Shown here: piece after piece, positions 63,362-64,000 of the stretch
How positions within the stretch are numbered: the first letter of the stretch is position 1
How the letters are laid out: the number at the start of each line of letters is the position of its first letter
Assembly (NCBI GenBank): GCA_035642895.1
Contig: DASQRM010000190.1
Location: 9,398 to 73,397, forward strand
Reading direction: 5' to 3'
DNA length: 64,000 nt
Source of the DNA: Streptosporangiaceae bacterium
GTDB lineage: Bacteria > Actinomycetota > Actinomycetes > Streptosporangiales > Streptosporangiaceae
The notes under the pieces: model-generated
Databases searched by the model: none
What the model was told of the DNA's origin: nothing
Seen by the model: only the letters and a program-made list of their open reading frames with translations
Made by a program: the position numbers and the translations under genes

Positions 63362-64000
63362 ATGTGCGTATCACGTCGGTAATGCGGTCCTCGCCGTCGA
63401 GCACCGGGATCCACCGCCACTTGTCGAAGGTCGTGCACGGATGCGAGATGCCCAGGCAGACCTCGTCGCCGGGCGCGAGCCCGGCCCCGGCCGGGACTGA
63501 GAGCACCGCGTGCTGGTCGAAGAGCCGCCTGACCACCGCACCGCCGGTGTCGAGGGTCGTTCCGCCGGCCGCGCGACCATACCGGACTACGGGGTTTCCG
63601 GCGTCGAATGAGACGTCCCGGCGCCCGATTCCCAGCACCGCGGTTTCACGCTCGGGCCGGGAGAGCACCGGCGCCCAGGCTTCCAGGGCCGGTTCCAGGA
63701 CGGGGACGGCCGTCGTGTTCCGTGCCGAGGGCGCGATGCGGCTGTACAGCCCGTGGTCGTGGGTGACGTAACACCCGCTGCGCAAGACCAGGTTCCAGTC
63801 GCTCGGCCGGCCCAGCACGTCGACGACCTCATCGAAGTAGGCCGAGCCGCCCGCCGTCACCACCGGCGGCTCCGGGAACTGTCCCGACGCGGTGAGGGAG
63901 AGGGCCAGCTGCCGGAGTTCCTCGCAGTACGCCCGGGCCTTCTGGGCGGTCTCGGCGGGCGTAGGGGCCAGCAGGGAGCCCTCGTAGCCAGCCACCCCCG
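63354..64000 (-). CDS. D-serine-dehydratase-like / alanine-racemase-fold PLP enzyme (C-terminal part; the 5-prime end lies outside the window)
   Basis: ORF 63354-63995 continues to the window edge. C-terminal GDEVCLGISHPCTTFDKWRWIPVL resembles the D-Ser-dehydratase-like domain. Confidence 0.7.
   Translation of the reverse strand, partial: GVAGYEGSLLAPTPAETAQKARAYCEELRQLALSLTASGQFPEPPVVTAGGSAYFDEVVDVLGRPSDWNLVLRSGCYVTHDHGLYSRIAPSARNTTAVPVLEPALEAWAPVLSRPERETAVLGIGRRDVSFDAGNPVVRYGRAAGGTTLDTGGAVVRRLFDQHAVLSVPAGAGLAPGDEVCLGISHPCTTFDKWRWIPVLDGEDRITDVIRTFF

Overview
High-GC, gene-dense chromosomal segment of actinomycete type; GC was judged by eye, not computed. I support about 60 CDS. I saw no rRNA, tRNA, CRISPR array, transposase or integrase.

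Main modules, left to right:
- LacI regulator divergent from a sugar isomerase, plus an orphan SsuA/NMT1-like binding protein.
- SDR/TetR pair, amidase and an MpaB-like oxygenase.
- ABC-2 exporter with TetR, preceded by a 56-bp perfect palindrome.
- LysM/phage-tail-lysozyme-like wall hydrolase and a Nudix hydrolase.
- Minus-strand organosulfur-scavenging operon (SsuD-like, SfnG, two SfnB/DszC-like genes, a broken flavin reductase) with a divergent LysR.
- PfkB and BadF-type kinases.
- Purine/urate catabolism cluster (alc, allB, uraD, uraH, 8-oxoguanine-deaminase-like, uricase).
- GNAT, a small RHH-like protein, SRPBCC and DUF488.
- SDR-larA-larB-larC with no larE in the window.
- LuxR-type two-component pair; AraC/cupin pair; VOC protein.
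- PAS-GAF-SpoIIE phosphatase, DUF574 methyltransferase, M55 peptidase, APH(6)-like kinase, TetR with a membrane protein.
- Glycosidase-like TIM barrel, membrane PP2C, Ser/Thr kinase, cydAB.
- Dpp/Opp-type peptide ABC importer, followed by HDAC-like, DmpA-like and oligopeptidase-B-like genes.
- SDR and a partial D-serine-dehydratase-like gene at the right edge.

I did not recognise an unambiguous new multi-gene system. The signals I trust most:
1. Short tandem repeats (14-23 bp) repeatedly anchored on start or stop codons.
2. A triplicated SD+GTG initiation region that creates two uORFs.
3. A 23-codon uORF abutting the PP2C start codon.
4. The palindrome that includes part of the SD of the exporter operon.
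5. A larABC cluster without larE.
6. Several decayed genes: flavin reductase, methyltransferase, a secreted protein, an AmiS-like stub and possibly the sfnB 5-prime end.
7. A low-GC3 patch spanning the divergent kinase pair.

All family assignments come from reading the translations and from memory of family motifs. No database search was run.
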